This document shows, piece after piece, positions 45,143 through 55,826 of a DNA stretch of 64,000 nt. A program made the position numbers and the translations under genes. Positions within the stretch are counted from its first letter, which is position 1. Each line of letters opens with the position of its first letter. Source of the stretch: a virus (taxonomy: Duplodnaviria > Caudoviricetes); the IMG/VR virus record IMGVR_UViG_3300033757_000347. The stretch is one strand, 5' to 3'. The notes beneath the pieces are model-generated. The model ran no database searches. It saw nothing but the letters and a program-made list of their open reading frames with translations, and was not told the origin of the DNA.

Positions 45143-45874
45143 ATGACTAGAGCCGAACTAGCACTGGACATAAAACAGGAACTAACATTAGCGCAAGCTC
45201 TTCCTTACTCGATACCAGATAAGGAAATCGAGCGTGTCATCATCAACGCGGAACGGTTCTTTTACGATAACTGGCGTCATGCGGTTGAACCTCGGTACAT
45301 TTTGATTCCTAGCGAACTTCTGTCAAGCGAACAGTACAAGAGAACTCGAACCATACGCATGCCAGATTGCGTCCAGTTCGTTCACCAAGTTAAAGAACCG
45401 AAGGGTTCTTCAATATTCGGAACGATAGACCAGGATTTTTCAGAACAGAAGTTCATCGGTTCTGAACTGTTCCTTACTCCGTTCATCGGAGAATCGTTAG
45501 TTTACAGAACCGTCATCTTTTCGTTTCTTGACATCACTAAGAACTTTACTCTCGACACGGTTGCGTACGACTACAACAAGAACACAAAAAGCATAACGGT
45601 AAAGGGTAGAACTCCTACCAAAATGGTCGTTGAAGTAAGCAAGAAGATAGAAGAACAGTACCTTTACGAGGACGAAATGTTTCAAAGGTACGTAAGAGCA
45701 AAGGCAAAGGTTAGGTTAGGAGAACTCTTGACCAGCTTTGACTTCAACTTACCCGGTGGAGTTAGACCGAATTACAACACCTTTGTCACTAAAGCTGATG
45801 CAGAATTTCAAGCAGTGCTTGACATGATGAAGGGCGAAAATACGCCGGACTGGCTAATGTTGGTTCACTTTTAA
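45143..45874 (+). CDS. putative neck protein (T4 gp13-like)
   Basis: RYVRAKAK..LGELL...NLPGGV..N pattern. Confidence 0.6.
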   Translation: MTRAELALDIKQELTLAQALPYSIPDKEIERVIINAERFFYDNWRHAVEPRYILIPSELLSSEQYKRTRTIRMPDCVQFVHQVKEPKGSSIFGTIDQDFSEQKFIGSELFLTPFIGESLVYRTVIFSFLDITKNFTLDTVAYDYNKNTKSITVKGRTPTKMVVEVSKKIEEQYLYEDEMFQRYVRAKAKVRLGELLTSFDFNLPGGVRPNYNTFVTKADAEFQAVLDMMKGENTPDWLMLVHF

Positions 45875-45944
45875 TTTTATAATTCAATCCGGTATATTTT
45901 CTACTTAACGTTCGTAAATAAATAAAATAAAATTCGCGAATGTT

Positions 45945-46877
45945 ATGTTAGACTTGGATAAGTATTTTGACTTGTCTTTTAATGCTAAACGACCTAGTGC
46001 CTTTGTCGTTTCAGTGAAGAAAAACAAAAATGGGATGCTAGACGAATTGATTGAAATCACATCCTTTTTAGATCTTGAATACTCCAATGTATCAGTAAAT
46101 CAGAGGCTATTTCATTACATCAATAAAATTTACTCGGTATTGAGATGCAAGTATTGTGGATCTCCATTAATGCCAAAACCGTATAACGCTAGACTGCTTG
46201 GAAATTACTATCAAGGCACTTGTGGTAATGTTATTTGCCGAAAAAAACTAAATGTTGATCAAACAGAAGTTGGCGTTATAAAAAAGTACGGTGTCTCTAA
46301 TATTTCGCAGACAAAAGAATGGCATGATAAAGTAAAAGATACGAATTTGAAAAAGCGAGGAGTAGAATGGAACACCCAGTCTGCTGAATTTATAAACACA
46401 ACAAAAGAATGTAATAAAATAAATCAAGACGAAATAACCAGAAAACGTAAATTGACATATACTAAAAAGTCTATGGAAAAATATGGAGTACCTCATCCTA
46501 GACAAAATTCTAAAATTTTTGAAAGATCTATTGGCAATTGGTTTAAGAAAAAAGACTATATTTTGCCTTCCGGCAAACTTATCAAAGTTCAAGGATACGA
46601 ACCGACTGTCATAACTAACCTTTTGTCCAATCATAAGGAACGCGATATTATCATAAGCAACACTGAGATGGAAAATTACATAGGACAGATTATGTACACG
46701 TATAATGAAAAATTACATAGATACTTTCCAGATATTTTCATCGTATCTGAAAATAAAATAATTGAGGTCAAATCTCAATACACTTACGAAAAAGACATTG
46801 AAATAAATAATCTTAAGAAACAAGCATGTTTAAACGCTGGGTTCGATTTCGAATTCATAATAATCAAAAAACGATGA
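45945..46877 (+). CDS. putative homing endonuclease, KYGV repeats + PD-(D/E)XK domain
   Basis: KKYGV repeats, QGYE, RYFPDIF...IIEVKS. Confidence 0.75.
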   Translation: MLDLDKYFDLSFNAKRPSAFVVSVKKNKNGMLDELIEITSFLDLEYSNVSVNQRLFHYINKIYSVLRCKYCGSPLMPKPYNARLLGNYYQGTCGNVICRKKLNVDQTEVGVIKKYGVSNISQTKEWHDKVKDTNLKKRGVEWNTQSAEFINTTKECNKINQDEITRKRKLTYTKKSMEKYGVPHPRQNSKIFERSIGNWFKKKDYILPSGKLIKVQGYEPTVITNLLSNHKERDIIISNTEMENYIGQIMYTYNEKLHRYFPDIFIVSENKIIEVKSQYTYEKDIEINNLKKQACLNAGFDFEFIIIKKR

Positions 46878-47248
46878 AAGATTTTTATTTTAGACCAGTC
46901 GAAGACCCAAACTACAAAACGGACATTTTCGAGTCAATTAACGACATCGAAAACACCGTTTCGCAAGTCAGAATGACTCTGCTCACTAGAAAGGGAGAAG
47001 TTTTGGGAGAACCAAACTTTGGATTGGACGTCACCAAGTACCTATTTGAATTCGAGGGTTACCCTATCGACATCTTAGAAAAGGAAGCAGCTGAACAGAT
47101 ACAGAATTACGTGATGCTAGCTAAGGTCAACGAAGTAGTTCCAACAGCTTTCGCCTTGGACGATGCAGGAGATATGTTCAAAGTAGGATTAGGATTGGAC
47201 GTTTCGATCAACGGCAAGAGAACGTTCGCGGTTCTTTACGAAGACTAA
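46874..47248 (+). CDS. baseplate wedge protein (T4 gp25-like)
   Basis: LLTRKGEVLGEPNFG...YLFE. Confidence 0.8.
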   Translation: MKDFYFRPVEDPNYKTDIFESINDIENTVSQVRMTLLTRKGEVLGEPNFGLDVTKYLFEFEGYPIDILEKEAAEQIQNYVMLAKVNEVVPTAFALDDAGDMFKVGLGLDVSINGKRTFAVLYED

Positions 47249-47373
47249 CGGTTCGCTCTTGACCACGTGGTTCGGTTGCTTAAGTTTCCACAACTTATTT
47301 AAGTTAGTACTCATAAAAATGGCAGAACGTGTATTTCGTCCTGCCCTTTTTGCCTTGTTTCTTTGCTCCCACG

Positions 47374-49065
47374 TTACAGTCCTCCGCCAGGAGGTGCCAT
47401 TTCGCTAGCTGTTTCTTTTTCTGGACCGGCCGGCGGTGCTGGCTGTTCAGGTTGAGCGCCTGGACCAGCTGGTGCAGGTAAAGTAACTTCAGCTTCCTGA
47501 CCCTCGGAAGTTTTTCCACCAGATTTTGCAAGGTAATCTTTGTTCTTCTGGATGACTTGGTCGCTGAGCTTGAGGTATTCCTTGACAAGGAAGTCTGACG
47601 AGAAGTACGGTTTGTTCTGATCGTCTGTGATAGCTTTGAGCGCGTTGATTGCAGCGATTCTCTTGTTAAGAAGATCCTGGTTCTTAATTTCTTCGAATAC
47701 GTTATCGTCGTACCAGACAACGCCGACCGAATTTTTGAACTTCTGGTCGTTCCTAAGCTCCTTAACGTCCATGCAAACTTGCAAGTACAGCGGTTTGGTT
47801 ATGAGTTCCTGGTAAGCAGATCTTAACCTCTTGATGAACTTATTGTAACGAATTTCTTCTCTTGAAATACCTTCTGACGTGAGCGTGAATATTCCACCAC
47901 CTTCGCTGAACCTAGAAGCTGGAATCTTTGAATCCTGCTTCAATTTTTCGGTAAAATACTTCAAGAGTTCCGAACCTGAAAGGTTTGGGCCTTGGTACTC
48001 AAGAGGTTCGATCTTCACCTGTTGCTGCTGGTCGTTGACCGGAACCACGTAATTCTTGTAGAACAAGATGTTGGGTTTTCCGTCGACTCTCAGTTCTCCA
48101 GATTCGCCGTCAAAGTAGATGTCCTCCTTCAGAGTGTTAACAAACTCTCGCACGTCTTCCTTGGCTTTCTGCATTGACTTGGTTCCAATAGGAACAGTTG
48201 TGACCAACCTAATCGGTGCATGCATAGTGTGCCAGATGACCTTGGAGTGCTCGATTATCCTCAGCATGTTGAACGATCTTACCAAACGTTCTGTGAAGCT
48301 TACGCGCTTCGTTCTCATGTGATTTGAGTAAGACAAGTATATGATCTGAGAATCGTTCAGCTGACGATCCTTCTTGGTAATTGGATCTCTTTGAGTCCAC
48401 TGAAGAACGATCTTACCCTCATTATCTTTTTTGAGAATAGGGTAAAGAGAAGCTGGGTCAAGTTCCTTAAAACCTATGATCTCTGTTGGTTTTTCGAGGT
48501 TATCGTAGATGATTTCGAAAGCCAGGTGACCTTCGATAAGCCACTGGTAAAAGTACTGCCAGGCTGAAATTCCCTGGTCGAATCCCCAACGACTGTAGAT
48601 CTTAGAAAATGCTGCTTGGTAAGCATTTATGACGCGTTCTTGGTAATCCAGACGATTTTTCTTGTTGTCTCCTAAGTATTGCATCTCACCGACCAGGTCG
48701 TTTGCGTAGCAAAATCGGTTGTCCTCGTCGAAAACGATAGCGTCATCCGTTATGGTTTCCAGGATGAATTCTATCTCACCGTTGGACGCGATGTCACGAA
48801 GACGTTCTCTTTTTGAAATGTAATCGAGTTGAAAGAAAGCGATAGCTTTAGTTTTTATCGAAGAAGTAGTGTCCGAAAGAGCCAAAGTAGCTCTCATGAG
48901 ATCGTCAGACGCAAAGCCGGCAGCTCCGCTGAGCTGACTTTCGATAAAACCTATCGCTTGTGAGTTCTTTATCAAGAGATCGTCGTACTTTAGACCGAAC
49001 CTGCTAAGCTCAGTCAACCTAGACTTGAGCGATCGCATAGGGTTACCTTCTAAAAATCCTGCCAT
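47374..49065 (-). CDS. portal vertex protein (T4 gp20-like)
   Basis: 563 aa; LRIIEHSKVIW, KIPASRF, ISREEIRYNKFIKRLR. Confidence 0.85.
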   Translation of the reverse strand: MAGFLEGNPMRSLKSRLTELSRFGLKYDDLLIKNSQAIGFIESQLSGAAGFASDDLMRATLALSDTTSSIKTKAIAFFQLDYISKRERLRDIASNGEIEFILETITDDAIVFDEDNRFCYANDLVGEMQYLGDNKKNRLDYQERVINAYQAAFSKIYSRWGFDQGISAWQYFYQWLIEGHLAFEIIYDNLEKPTEIIGFKELDPASLYPILKKDNEGKIVLQWTQRDPITKKDRQLNDSQIIYLSYSNHMRTKRVSFTERLVRSFNMLRIIEHSKVIWHTMHAPIRLVTTVPIGTKSMQKAKEDVREFVNTLKEDIYFDGESGELRVDGKPNILFYKNYVVPVNDQQQQVKIEPLEYQGPNLSGSELLKYFTEKLKQDSKIPASRFSEGGGIFTLTSEGISREEIRYNKFIKRLRSAYQELITKPLYLQVCMDVKELRNDQKFKNSVGVVWYDDNVFEEIKNQDLLNKRIAAINALKAITDDQNKPYFSSDFLVKEYLKLSDQVIQKNKDYLAKSGGKTSEGQEAEVTLPAPAGPGAQPEQPAPPAGPEKETASEMAPPGGGL

Positions 49066-49068
49066 GTA

Positions 49069-49722
49069 TTATGAAGTAAATTTTGTCAAGAAGTACGAGA
49101 TCGGAGTTTTTGTTAAGACTGAACCATCCGTTACGTAACTCAATTTTGGAAGTTTTACTGCTTGCTCCCAATCGATGATTGCTAGTTTGTTACTCATCTC
49201 ACCTCTGGTATATTTATCAACCAGGAACTTAAAATTGATGTTATTCTGCTCGCCTATCTGAGTGATGAAGTTTCGGTTGATGTTCTTTAGCATCGAATTT
49301 TCAGAAAGTTTCATCCTTTCTCGAAAATCGATGAATTTTCCATCCTCATTCTCTGATTTTTCTATCAGGTTGCTGAGAATCTTGTAGTACTTTGATAGAA
49401 ACCAGTGTCGCACGCTAAGCGGCATTAGTTTCAAGTTAAGACCGACTTCCATTGGACCCTCCTGACCAAGCGATAGAATGATAGGTCGTCTGTCGAAGTA
49501 GGGTTTTACCGACTTGGTTGGGCTAGTTTGGTACTCGTCAAGTGAAGGCAACGAATCTTCTTCCACTACTTTGGCCGATACGAAAGTGTAGATGTACCCT
49601 GGAACTAAACGGTAGTAAGCAAAGGGAATGCAGTCATCGTCAAAGTAGTAGGGTCGACCTTCTTCGGTAAACGTTGGTACTGAGCCTACCCTTATGAAAT
49701 CATTGACTATCTTATTCTTCAT
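49069..49722 (-). CDS. putative DNA end protector (T4 gp2-like)
   Basis: PGYIYTF...PYFDRRP...GLNL; adjacent to gp4. Confidence 0.55.
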   Translation of the reverse strand: MKNKIVNDFIRVGSVPTFTEEGRPYYFDDDCIPFAYYRLVPGYIYTFVSAKVVEEDSLPSLDEYQTSPTKSVKPYFDRRPIILSLGQEGPMEVGLNLKLMPLSVRHWFLSKYYKILSNLIEKSENEDGKFIDFRERMKLSENSMLKNINRNFITQIGEQNNINFKFLVDKYTRGEMSNKLAIIDWEQAVKLPKLSYVTDGSVLTKTPISYFLTKFTS

Positions 49723-49730
49723 GAAGTATT

Positions 49731-50243
49731 TTATATCGATTTGAATAGAAAGTTTTCGGTAATGATACCGAATTTGATTCCCTTCTGAGAAGCAAAGTTC
49801 TTGGCTGCCTCGAACTTAGCCTGGTTAACGATGTACTGCTTTGCTGCGTAAACGTAGTTTGCGGTAGCTTTGTCGGTCATCCTATCAGGTTTCTTGGGCG
49901 GGTTTATGTACTTGTTTGGTTTTACTTCCACCAAGTACTTGTACTCGTTGCCGTTAGGGTCCTTTACGATTATGTAAAAATCAACGTAATAAATATGACC
50001 GCGTTTATCTAACGGATTAAAAAATTTAATCCCGATGGGTTCACTAGCATACTTAATAATAGTTGGGCTCAAGTCACACCATTTCAAAAACTTGAATTCC
50101 CAGGAACTTCTGAAGACTATCTTGTTCACATCTCCCATGTACTTTTCTGGATTGGCTGGACGGAAATATCCCTGACGTGGGCCGCCTTCTTTATTTCTAG
50201 GTTTTAGAAAATCTTGGATTTTTTTTGGCTCGCGCTTAACCAT
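49731..50243 (-). CDS. head completion nuclease (T4 gp4-like)
   Basis: P.NPEKYMGD..IVFRSSWE, YYVDF, VEVKP, NQAKFEAA. Confidence 0.88.
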   Translation of the reverse strand: MVKREPKKIQDFLKPRNKEGGPRQGYFRPANPEKYMGDVNKIVFRSSWEFKFLKWCDLSPTIIKYASEPIGIKFFNPLDKRGHIYYVDFYIIVKDPNGNEYKYLVEVKPNKYINPPKKPDRMTDKATANYVYAAKQYIVNQAKFEAAKNFASQKGIKFGIITENFLFKSI

Positions 50244-50732
50244 TTAGGTCGGATAATTTTTCTTTGAAGAGTATTCCATTTAATTGATATTTACTTCTAA
50301 AATCTAGCCATTCTACATAGGTCATGTTATTTTTTTGCACAATTTTCAAACCAAAAGTTAGTATTTCGATGAAAATTGAGGAATTAGTGTTGTTTCCAAA
50401 AATAAGAGCACTAACAAGCAATGAAATTGTAGCTGCGCCCAAAAACATCGTGTCGTCACTAGATTAAAGATGGAACTAGCCAACAGGCCTTTCATCCTGT
50501 AGAGATATTATTTAATGCACTGAAAAAGATAGATTCTGAGAAATTGAATTAAATTCTTTAAAGTTGAGTAAACATTAATCGTTTAATAAATGTTAAATAA
50601 AATAGTTCAACTTATTTAAAATGATGATTTAAGCTGCTTTTCTATGAATTGGAAAAAATTATTATAGTTGCATAAAATTAGTTAAGCTTAAAGATAAATA
50701 ATATTAAATAATCATTTAAAAACAGGTCACAT

Positions 50733-51944
50733 ATGAAAAAGTTAGCATTATTATTCATGGGTGTAAGCCTTTTGGTCGCATCCTGTTCCAAGGAAGAAGC
50801 GCCTGCCTTTGTCAATAAAGATGGTATTGTACTCAACAATAACCAGGAAGAACTGAATCAAAGGGTTACAATTAAAAATGAACCCTTGAATTTGATTGGT
50901 CTGAAAGCTTCACCTACCTTCTCTTTGGTGGCAGAAGTAGCTGCTCCTATAGTGAATGGTGTTAAACTCAGTACAAGCTATGTACATCGGAGATACCAGA
51001 AGGTTTATGTAACCTATCACGAAAGAGGAGCCGGACATGGCGGAGCTGTAGTGGTTTTTGATGTTTCAAATCCCTCCCTTCCTACTATCGTCTCTCAGAT
51101 GACTTTTGAAAAGATTGATATCAACACATGCGATATCAATGCGGGAGGAAGTGTTCTTTATCTTGCTGGCTCCCATAAAGCAAAAGGAGCCGTAGTGCTC
51201 AAAATTTCCATTGATGGAAATGGCATTATCACTTCCCTCCCTGAGCAGGTTAAAATTCTCAAAGTTGGTAATGCAGCGTCAGCCAATGGTATTATTCAGG
51301 CAAGCAACTGGATTTACGTGTCTGCTGGCAATACCAATGGAGGACTTTTTGCGTACAACCGCACAACTCTGGCATTTGTTGAAGCTGACTACTATAATGG
51401 CGCAAAATTTAGCACTGCAAATGGTAGGGTCAACGGAAAAAACCATATGAGCCTTGAAGTTGATGCCAGCAATAATGCTTACCTGCATGTGTATGTTGTA
51501 GGTTCAAGTGACCCAAATACCGAAACGGTATGGCCAATTGGTACAATCCAGCATCAAAATGTTGAACCTGAGTTTGTTAATTTCGGAAAAGCCACTATTT
51601 TTATCCGTCCTGATAGCGATGTCTGCTTTATTTCAATGGCTAAAAATGGTATGAAAGCTATCAATATCCATGACGGGTCACTGGTTTATCAATCCCCCGC
51701 AGGGATAATTACTTATGGCAACACGAACGCCGTTAGCGCCGACTACAAGTACATTTACATGGCCAATGGGGCACAGGGACTATACATCGCTAAAGCTCCT
51801 ACAAGCGGAACCGAGGTTGAAATCCTTGCTATCTGGGACGATAATAAATATCCCGGAAGCTGCAACCATGTCTACTCCGACGGCACCCATATTTTTGTGG
51901 CCAAAGGCGTTGAAGGTGGTTTGCAAATCCTGAAAGAAGATTAA
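50733..51944 (+). CDS. Bacteroidota-type beta-propeller lipoprotein (LVIVD-like repeats), host-like
   Basis: VASC lipobox, YIYMANGAQGLYI, IFVAKG..GLQIL; codon usage differs from flanking phage genes. Confidence 0.75.
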   Translation: MKKLALLFMGVSLLVASCSKEEAPAFVNKDGIVLNNNQEELNQRVTIKNEPLNLIGLKASPTFSLVAEVAAPIVNGVKLSTSYVHRRYQKVYVTYHERGAGHGGAVVVFDVSNPSLPTIVSQMTFEKIDINTCDINAGGSVLYLAGSHKAKGAVVLKISIDGNGIITSLPEQVKILKVGNAASANGIIQASNWIYVSAGNTNGGLFAYNRTTLAFVEADYYNGAKFSTANGRVNGKNHMSLEVDASNNAYLHVYVVGSSDPNTETVWPIGTIQHQNVEPEFVNFGKATIFIRPDSDVCFISMAKNGMKAINIHDGSLVYQSPAGIITYGNTNAVSADYKYIYMANGAQGLYIAKAPTSGTEVEILAIWDDNKYPGSCNHVYSDGTHIFVAKGVEGGLQILKED

Positions 51945-52064
51945 GGTTTTTTTTGAAACCAATAAAAAACAGGGGTTGACTTACAATCCCTATTTTTTAT
52001 TACTGAGAATTCCATTCAGCATCCCTAGGCACGGTAATTCAATCAAAAAAATCTTTTGACAACG

Positions 52065-52669
52065 TTAATTTTCTATTAGCCGAATTCCGTAAATATCGCT
52101 TAATCTCTTCAGCGCCATTTCCTTTTTGCTTAATTCCACTTCAATGGTAGCAATACAATGTTCAAGGTATTCAATATTCAATACCTCGGCATCCAATTCG
52201 CGGGTCAGGCTCATTACTGTATTCATCAATTCGTAAGAAAAAAATAGTTTAATAGGAACCGTAAGTTTCTTCTCAATTACCTTACAGGAGGAGAGAACCA
52301 TGTGAGCAGAAGTTTTATAAGCTTCAATAAGGCCGCTTACCCCTAATTTAGTTCCTCCAAAATAACGGACCACTACGACCAGAATGTTTGTAAGCTCGTG
52401 CGATAAAATTTGGCCGTAAATGGGCCTACTGGCTGTTCCAGAGGGTTCTCCATCATCATAATAGCGATAACGTTCTCCCTGAGGGCCCAGCCTCCACGCA
52501 AAACAATGATGAGTCGCATCAGGGTATTCATTCTTTAAAGCATTAATGTATTCTTTAATTTCATCTTCGCCCTTAACAGGATAAGCAAACAAATAAAATT
52601 TACTGGCTTTCAGTTTGTAATATGCTGATTCTGGTTGTAAAATAGTTTGTATTTGGCATCTATATCCAT
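52065..52669 (-). CDS. yigZ: YigZ/IMPACT family protein, N-terminal frameshift
   Basis: DATHHCFAW, DDGEPSGTA, VVRYFGGTKLG.SGL..AY; ATG at 52669 needs one extra A in an A run. Confidence 0.85.
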
Positions 52670-52762
52670 TTCACAAAATTAATATCTTGGGAATAATTTA
52701 TTCTAGCAAGTATTAAGAATGTATGGGTTTATTGTTATGTATCCGATACGTTTGATAGAAAA

Positions 52763-53884
52763 TCATAGGAAAGCTATGTCGTACACGCTATCGCTAAAAT
52801 AACTGTTCAAAAAATCGTTGAATTCATTGACTGTCAACGAAGGTTGTCGTTCCTTTAGAAAATTGAACAAGTCATTTATGTCCTTTATTTTCGTAAGCTT
52901 TATGAGGTCCGACTTACCGGAAACTTTCTTTTTTAGGTCGTTGATGATCTTGTTCCACAGAAGAACCGAGTAACCTTGCTTTATGAGGTTCATCATTTCT
53001 TCCTTGCCGCCTTTGTCCTTGTCAAAAAGGATTCGAATCTTGCCCTTTGCTCCCAATGATGGAAGTATGCTTCGCGCTTTAGTAACGCCGGTAGTTGCTA
53101 TGCAGTTTCGAATAAACAGTGCGTCAAACTGACCCTCAGTCAAACACAGAGGTTTGGAAAAATCGACGTTCAAGATGTTGAAATAGTTGTTCAAGTAATT
53201 CGCATCGTCCACCAGTTCCTTGTCGATCTCTCTCTGTAGGAATATGAGAGCTATGTCTGTGTAAGACTTTATGATGTACTTTCGTTCGGCGTTAGGATCC
53301 AAACTCCTTATGGATAGCCCTAGGAGCTTCCCAGAGCGACGATCGAAGTTGAAGATAAGTACTTTATTGTCCGACGAATCGGCATACAGGAAGTCCCCAA
53401 AATCCTCGATAAGGTCAAGGTTTCTGCTCTTGATGTATTCGAGTGCTCGTGGATTGTTTTCGGCTTGGTCTAACCTCACCAAGTTAAACCGATTGATGAT
53501 CTCGGAGATTGTTACTAGTTCAGTAGTGTCAGATGTTAGGAATCTCAAGAGTTGGTTCTCAGTTCTCTTTACTCGAACCGGTTTGTACTCAAAATCTGCA
53601 GCAAAGCTGGGCAGCATTATTCCGTGCTCCCTGCTCATCTTCGAAACGAACTCGGCTAACGACATGTAAGCCATGCAGCCGTCGTTGAAGCACTTGTAAG
53701 CTTCGGTATCAAAGTAGAGGTTACCTCTCTTCTTTGAAGATTTCTTGTGAGAGTCTCCGCAGATTGGACACGCAAAGTTCAGCTTTCGATCGTTGCTGTC
53801 GTCTACTTGCTGCTTTTCAAAATTATCGTGAAATCTCTTTCTGAGTACTATCTTGACAAAATCTACAACTTCCTCACGGTTCAT
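52763..53884 (-). CDS. DNA primase (T4 gp61-like)
   Basis: NFACPICGDS, YKCFN, TEGQFDA, FDKD, KDINDL. Confidence 0.9.
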   Translation of the reverse strand: MNREEVVDFVKIVLRKRFHDNFEKQQVDDSNDRKLNFACPICGDSHKKSSKKRGNLYFDTEAYKCFNDGCMAYMSLAEFVSKMSREHGIMLPSFAADFEYKPVRVKRTENQLLRFLTSDTTELVTISEIINRFNLVRLDQAENNPRALEYIKSRNLDLIEDFGDFLYADSSDNKVLIFNFDRRSGKLLGLSIRSLDPNAERKYIIKSYTDIALIFLQREIDKELVDDANYLNNYFNILNVDFSKPLCLTEGQFDALFIRNCIATTGVTKARSILPSLGAKGKIRILFDKDKGGKEEMMNLIKQGYSVLLWNKIINDLKKKVSGKSDLIKLTKIKDINDLFNFLKERQPSLTVNEFNDFLNSYFSDSVYDIAFL

Positions 53885-54138
53885 TTTCCTATTACGTTAT
53901 GTAGATTTTTTACTAACAATTTTAGCCAAGGTTTGGCTCTAACGACAGTTCGCTCAGGATCGTCGAACTGAACTTTTTCTCCGTCCCATATTCCGTGAAG
54001 AGGCTCGATCTTTCTGACCTTCTTTCCGTTTACGTAAGCCGATTTAGCATCAAGGTATTCTACCAGATCTCCTGGTTCAATATTATCTGTTTGGGTTCCC
54101 GCAGGTCTTCCGTAATCGTCAAAATCTTTATAGCTCAT
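53881..54138 (-). CDS. hypothetical protein
   Basis: Overlapping ORF between polymerase and primase. Confidence 0.6.
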   Translation of the reverse strand: MSYKDFDDYGRPAGTQTDNIEPGDLVEYLDAKSAYVNGKKVRKIEPLHGIWDGEKVQFDDPERTVVRAKPWLKLLVKNLHNVIGK

Positions 54139-55741
54139 CTTTCATCTCTTCAAGTTCAGCCTCGTTAAAAACGGTTACTTTTTTGGCTAAAATCTTCATC
54201 ACTCGAGAATAGGCAGCTTTGGTTGAGATACCTGTGTTTGCTTCCTTGTTCTTAGCCTTTGATTTTACCCAATTATCATCACTCCAACTCTTTTCCCAAC
54301 CATTTTCTTGCAGTACTTTAGCCATTTCCTCGTACGGGATAGCGAATGGATCCTCTACTTCGATACCCTTTTTCTTTGCTATCCGTTCTCTGTACTTCTG
54401 AAGTTCAGGCTTCGGCACGATAACTGTCGACAATCCATACAGACTGATGACCGAGATAAACGTTGGAAACAGATCGGCTGGCACCTGAACTTCCGGATTT
54501 CCGACGAAATCCTGAACCGTTGCTGGAATCTCTTCGAATTCAAGAGTTTCTGAATTTACAACGTAAAGTGGGTACAGATCCTCGCGTTTTGGGTTCTTTG
54601 CTCTGCTGCGAGACCGTACCATCTCCACGTGGCGTGTCAGTTTTGAGTTGATTTCTGAGTAGCCCATTGCTAAGAGCAGCTTGTTGATCGGTTCGACGAT
54701 CAACCTGAAGAATTGCTGTTCTCTGTCTATTGGTATCGCAAAATCTGGAAACACGCCAGGGGCGTAAGCGAACACGTCAAATTCGTAATCGTTGGTGGTT
54801 GGATCGCAGTAGTAGAATTTGATCTTCGAACCTCCGCGAATCATCGCGTACTTTTGGTTCTCGGTCTTGGTGATGATGTGATTGTGGTAGGCGGCCGCTC
54901 TGCCGTAGATTGGCATTCCCGTTCCTATGACGAGAGGGTTCAAGCTCTTCACGTGTTCCTCGTAGACTCGAACGTTGAAGTTGAAAGCTATGCTGTCGAT
55001 CGACATCGTTTCCATCTCGTTCTTCATTTCCTGCATGACAGGAATGAGGTCCTTTTCCAGGTCAAGGTCGTAACCCTTTGCTAGAAGGATCCAGTAAATC
55101 TTCTTGAGGTTCTCTCTAGCCCAGATTGGGTAAGAGGACTGTATCGCTTCCAAACCTTTGATCATCAGGGTAGGTTTCGGAAGAATCTTTGAACCTTTTG
55201 TCGCTACTTCAAGAACGTACTTTTTCTTAGCGACTAAGATGCCTGCTCTAGAAACGTTTTCGAGTTCGAAAACCAAGCGGTTCTTAGTGTGGAAGTGATT
55301 TGCATACTTTTCAAAAGCAGCTTTAAAGTAATCGTCCAGTCGGTACTTGTTGATGGCTAAGCAAATTTCCAAAGCTTTCATGTCGTCCATCTCGATGCCT
55401 TGCACAGATTTGATTGCGTACTCAATGCAAAAGTACACAGAATCGGTGTCAGTGTAGATAGCCGCTTCGCTCTCGATCGGTTGTATCACGTGGCCAACGA
55501 TTCCAAGCTTCTCGTGAAGCTCGGTGTCAAGGTGCCACCTGTTTCGAAAGTAGTGGTTTATTGCTTTGATTGTGAATTTGATAAGGTCCTGACCCTGAAG
55601 GGTGATGGACTGCGCTATGTCGTTGTTGTGGAAGTAAAAATAACGATTGCCAAACGCTCCGTAAAACGAGTTAATGAGAATCTTTATAGCGTTCTGTTTT
55701 AAGTCTAACGACTTTATCTGTTGATCTAGTGTTGTTTCCAT
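54128..55741 (-). CDS. family B DNA polymerase, C-terminal subunit (split gp43)
   Basis: Starts at KILINSFYGA, has YTDTDS and KKKY; lacks exonuclease and motif A. Confidence 0.88.
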   Translation of the reverse strand: METTLDQQIKSLDLKQNAIKILINSFYGAFGNRYFYFHNNDIAQSITLQGQDLIKFTIKAINHYFRNRWHLDTELHEKLGIVGHVIQPIESEAAIYTDTDSVYFCIEYAIKSVQGIEMDDMKALEICLAINKYRLDDYFKAAFEKYANHFHTKNRLVFELENVSRAGILVAKKKYVLEVATKGSKILPKPTLMIKGLEAIQSSYPIWARENLKKIYWILLAKGYDLDLEKDLIPVMQEMKNEMETMSIDSIAFNFNVRVYEEHVKSLNPLVIGTGMPIYGRAAAYHNHIITKTENQKYAMIRGGSKIKFYYCDPTTNDYEFDVFAYAPGVFPDFAIPIDREQQFFRLIVEPINKLLLAMGYSEINSKLTRHVEMVRSRSRAKNPKREDLYPLYVVNSETLEFEEIPATVQDFVGNPEVQVPADLFPTFISVISLYGLSTVIVPKPELQKYRERIAKKKGIEVEDPFAIPYEEMAKVLQENGWEKSWSDDNWVKSKAKNKEANTGISTKAAYSRVMKILAKKVTVFNEAELEEMKDEL

Positions 55742-55826
55742 GTTTTATTTTATCAGTCAATCACCAAAAAGTTTAGATAAGTCTAAATCTTTTTATGGTG
55801 CATTCATATAAATAAAATAAAAACAA

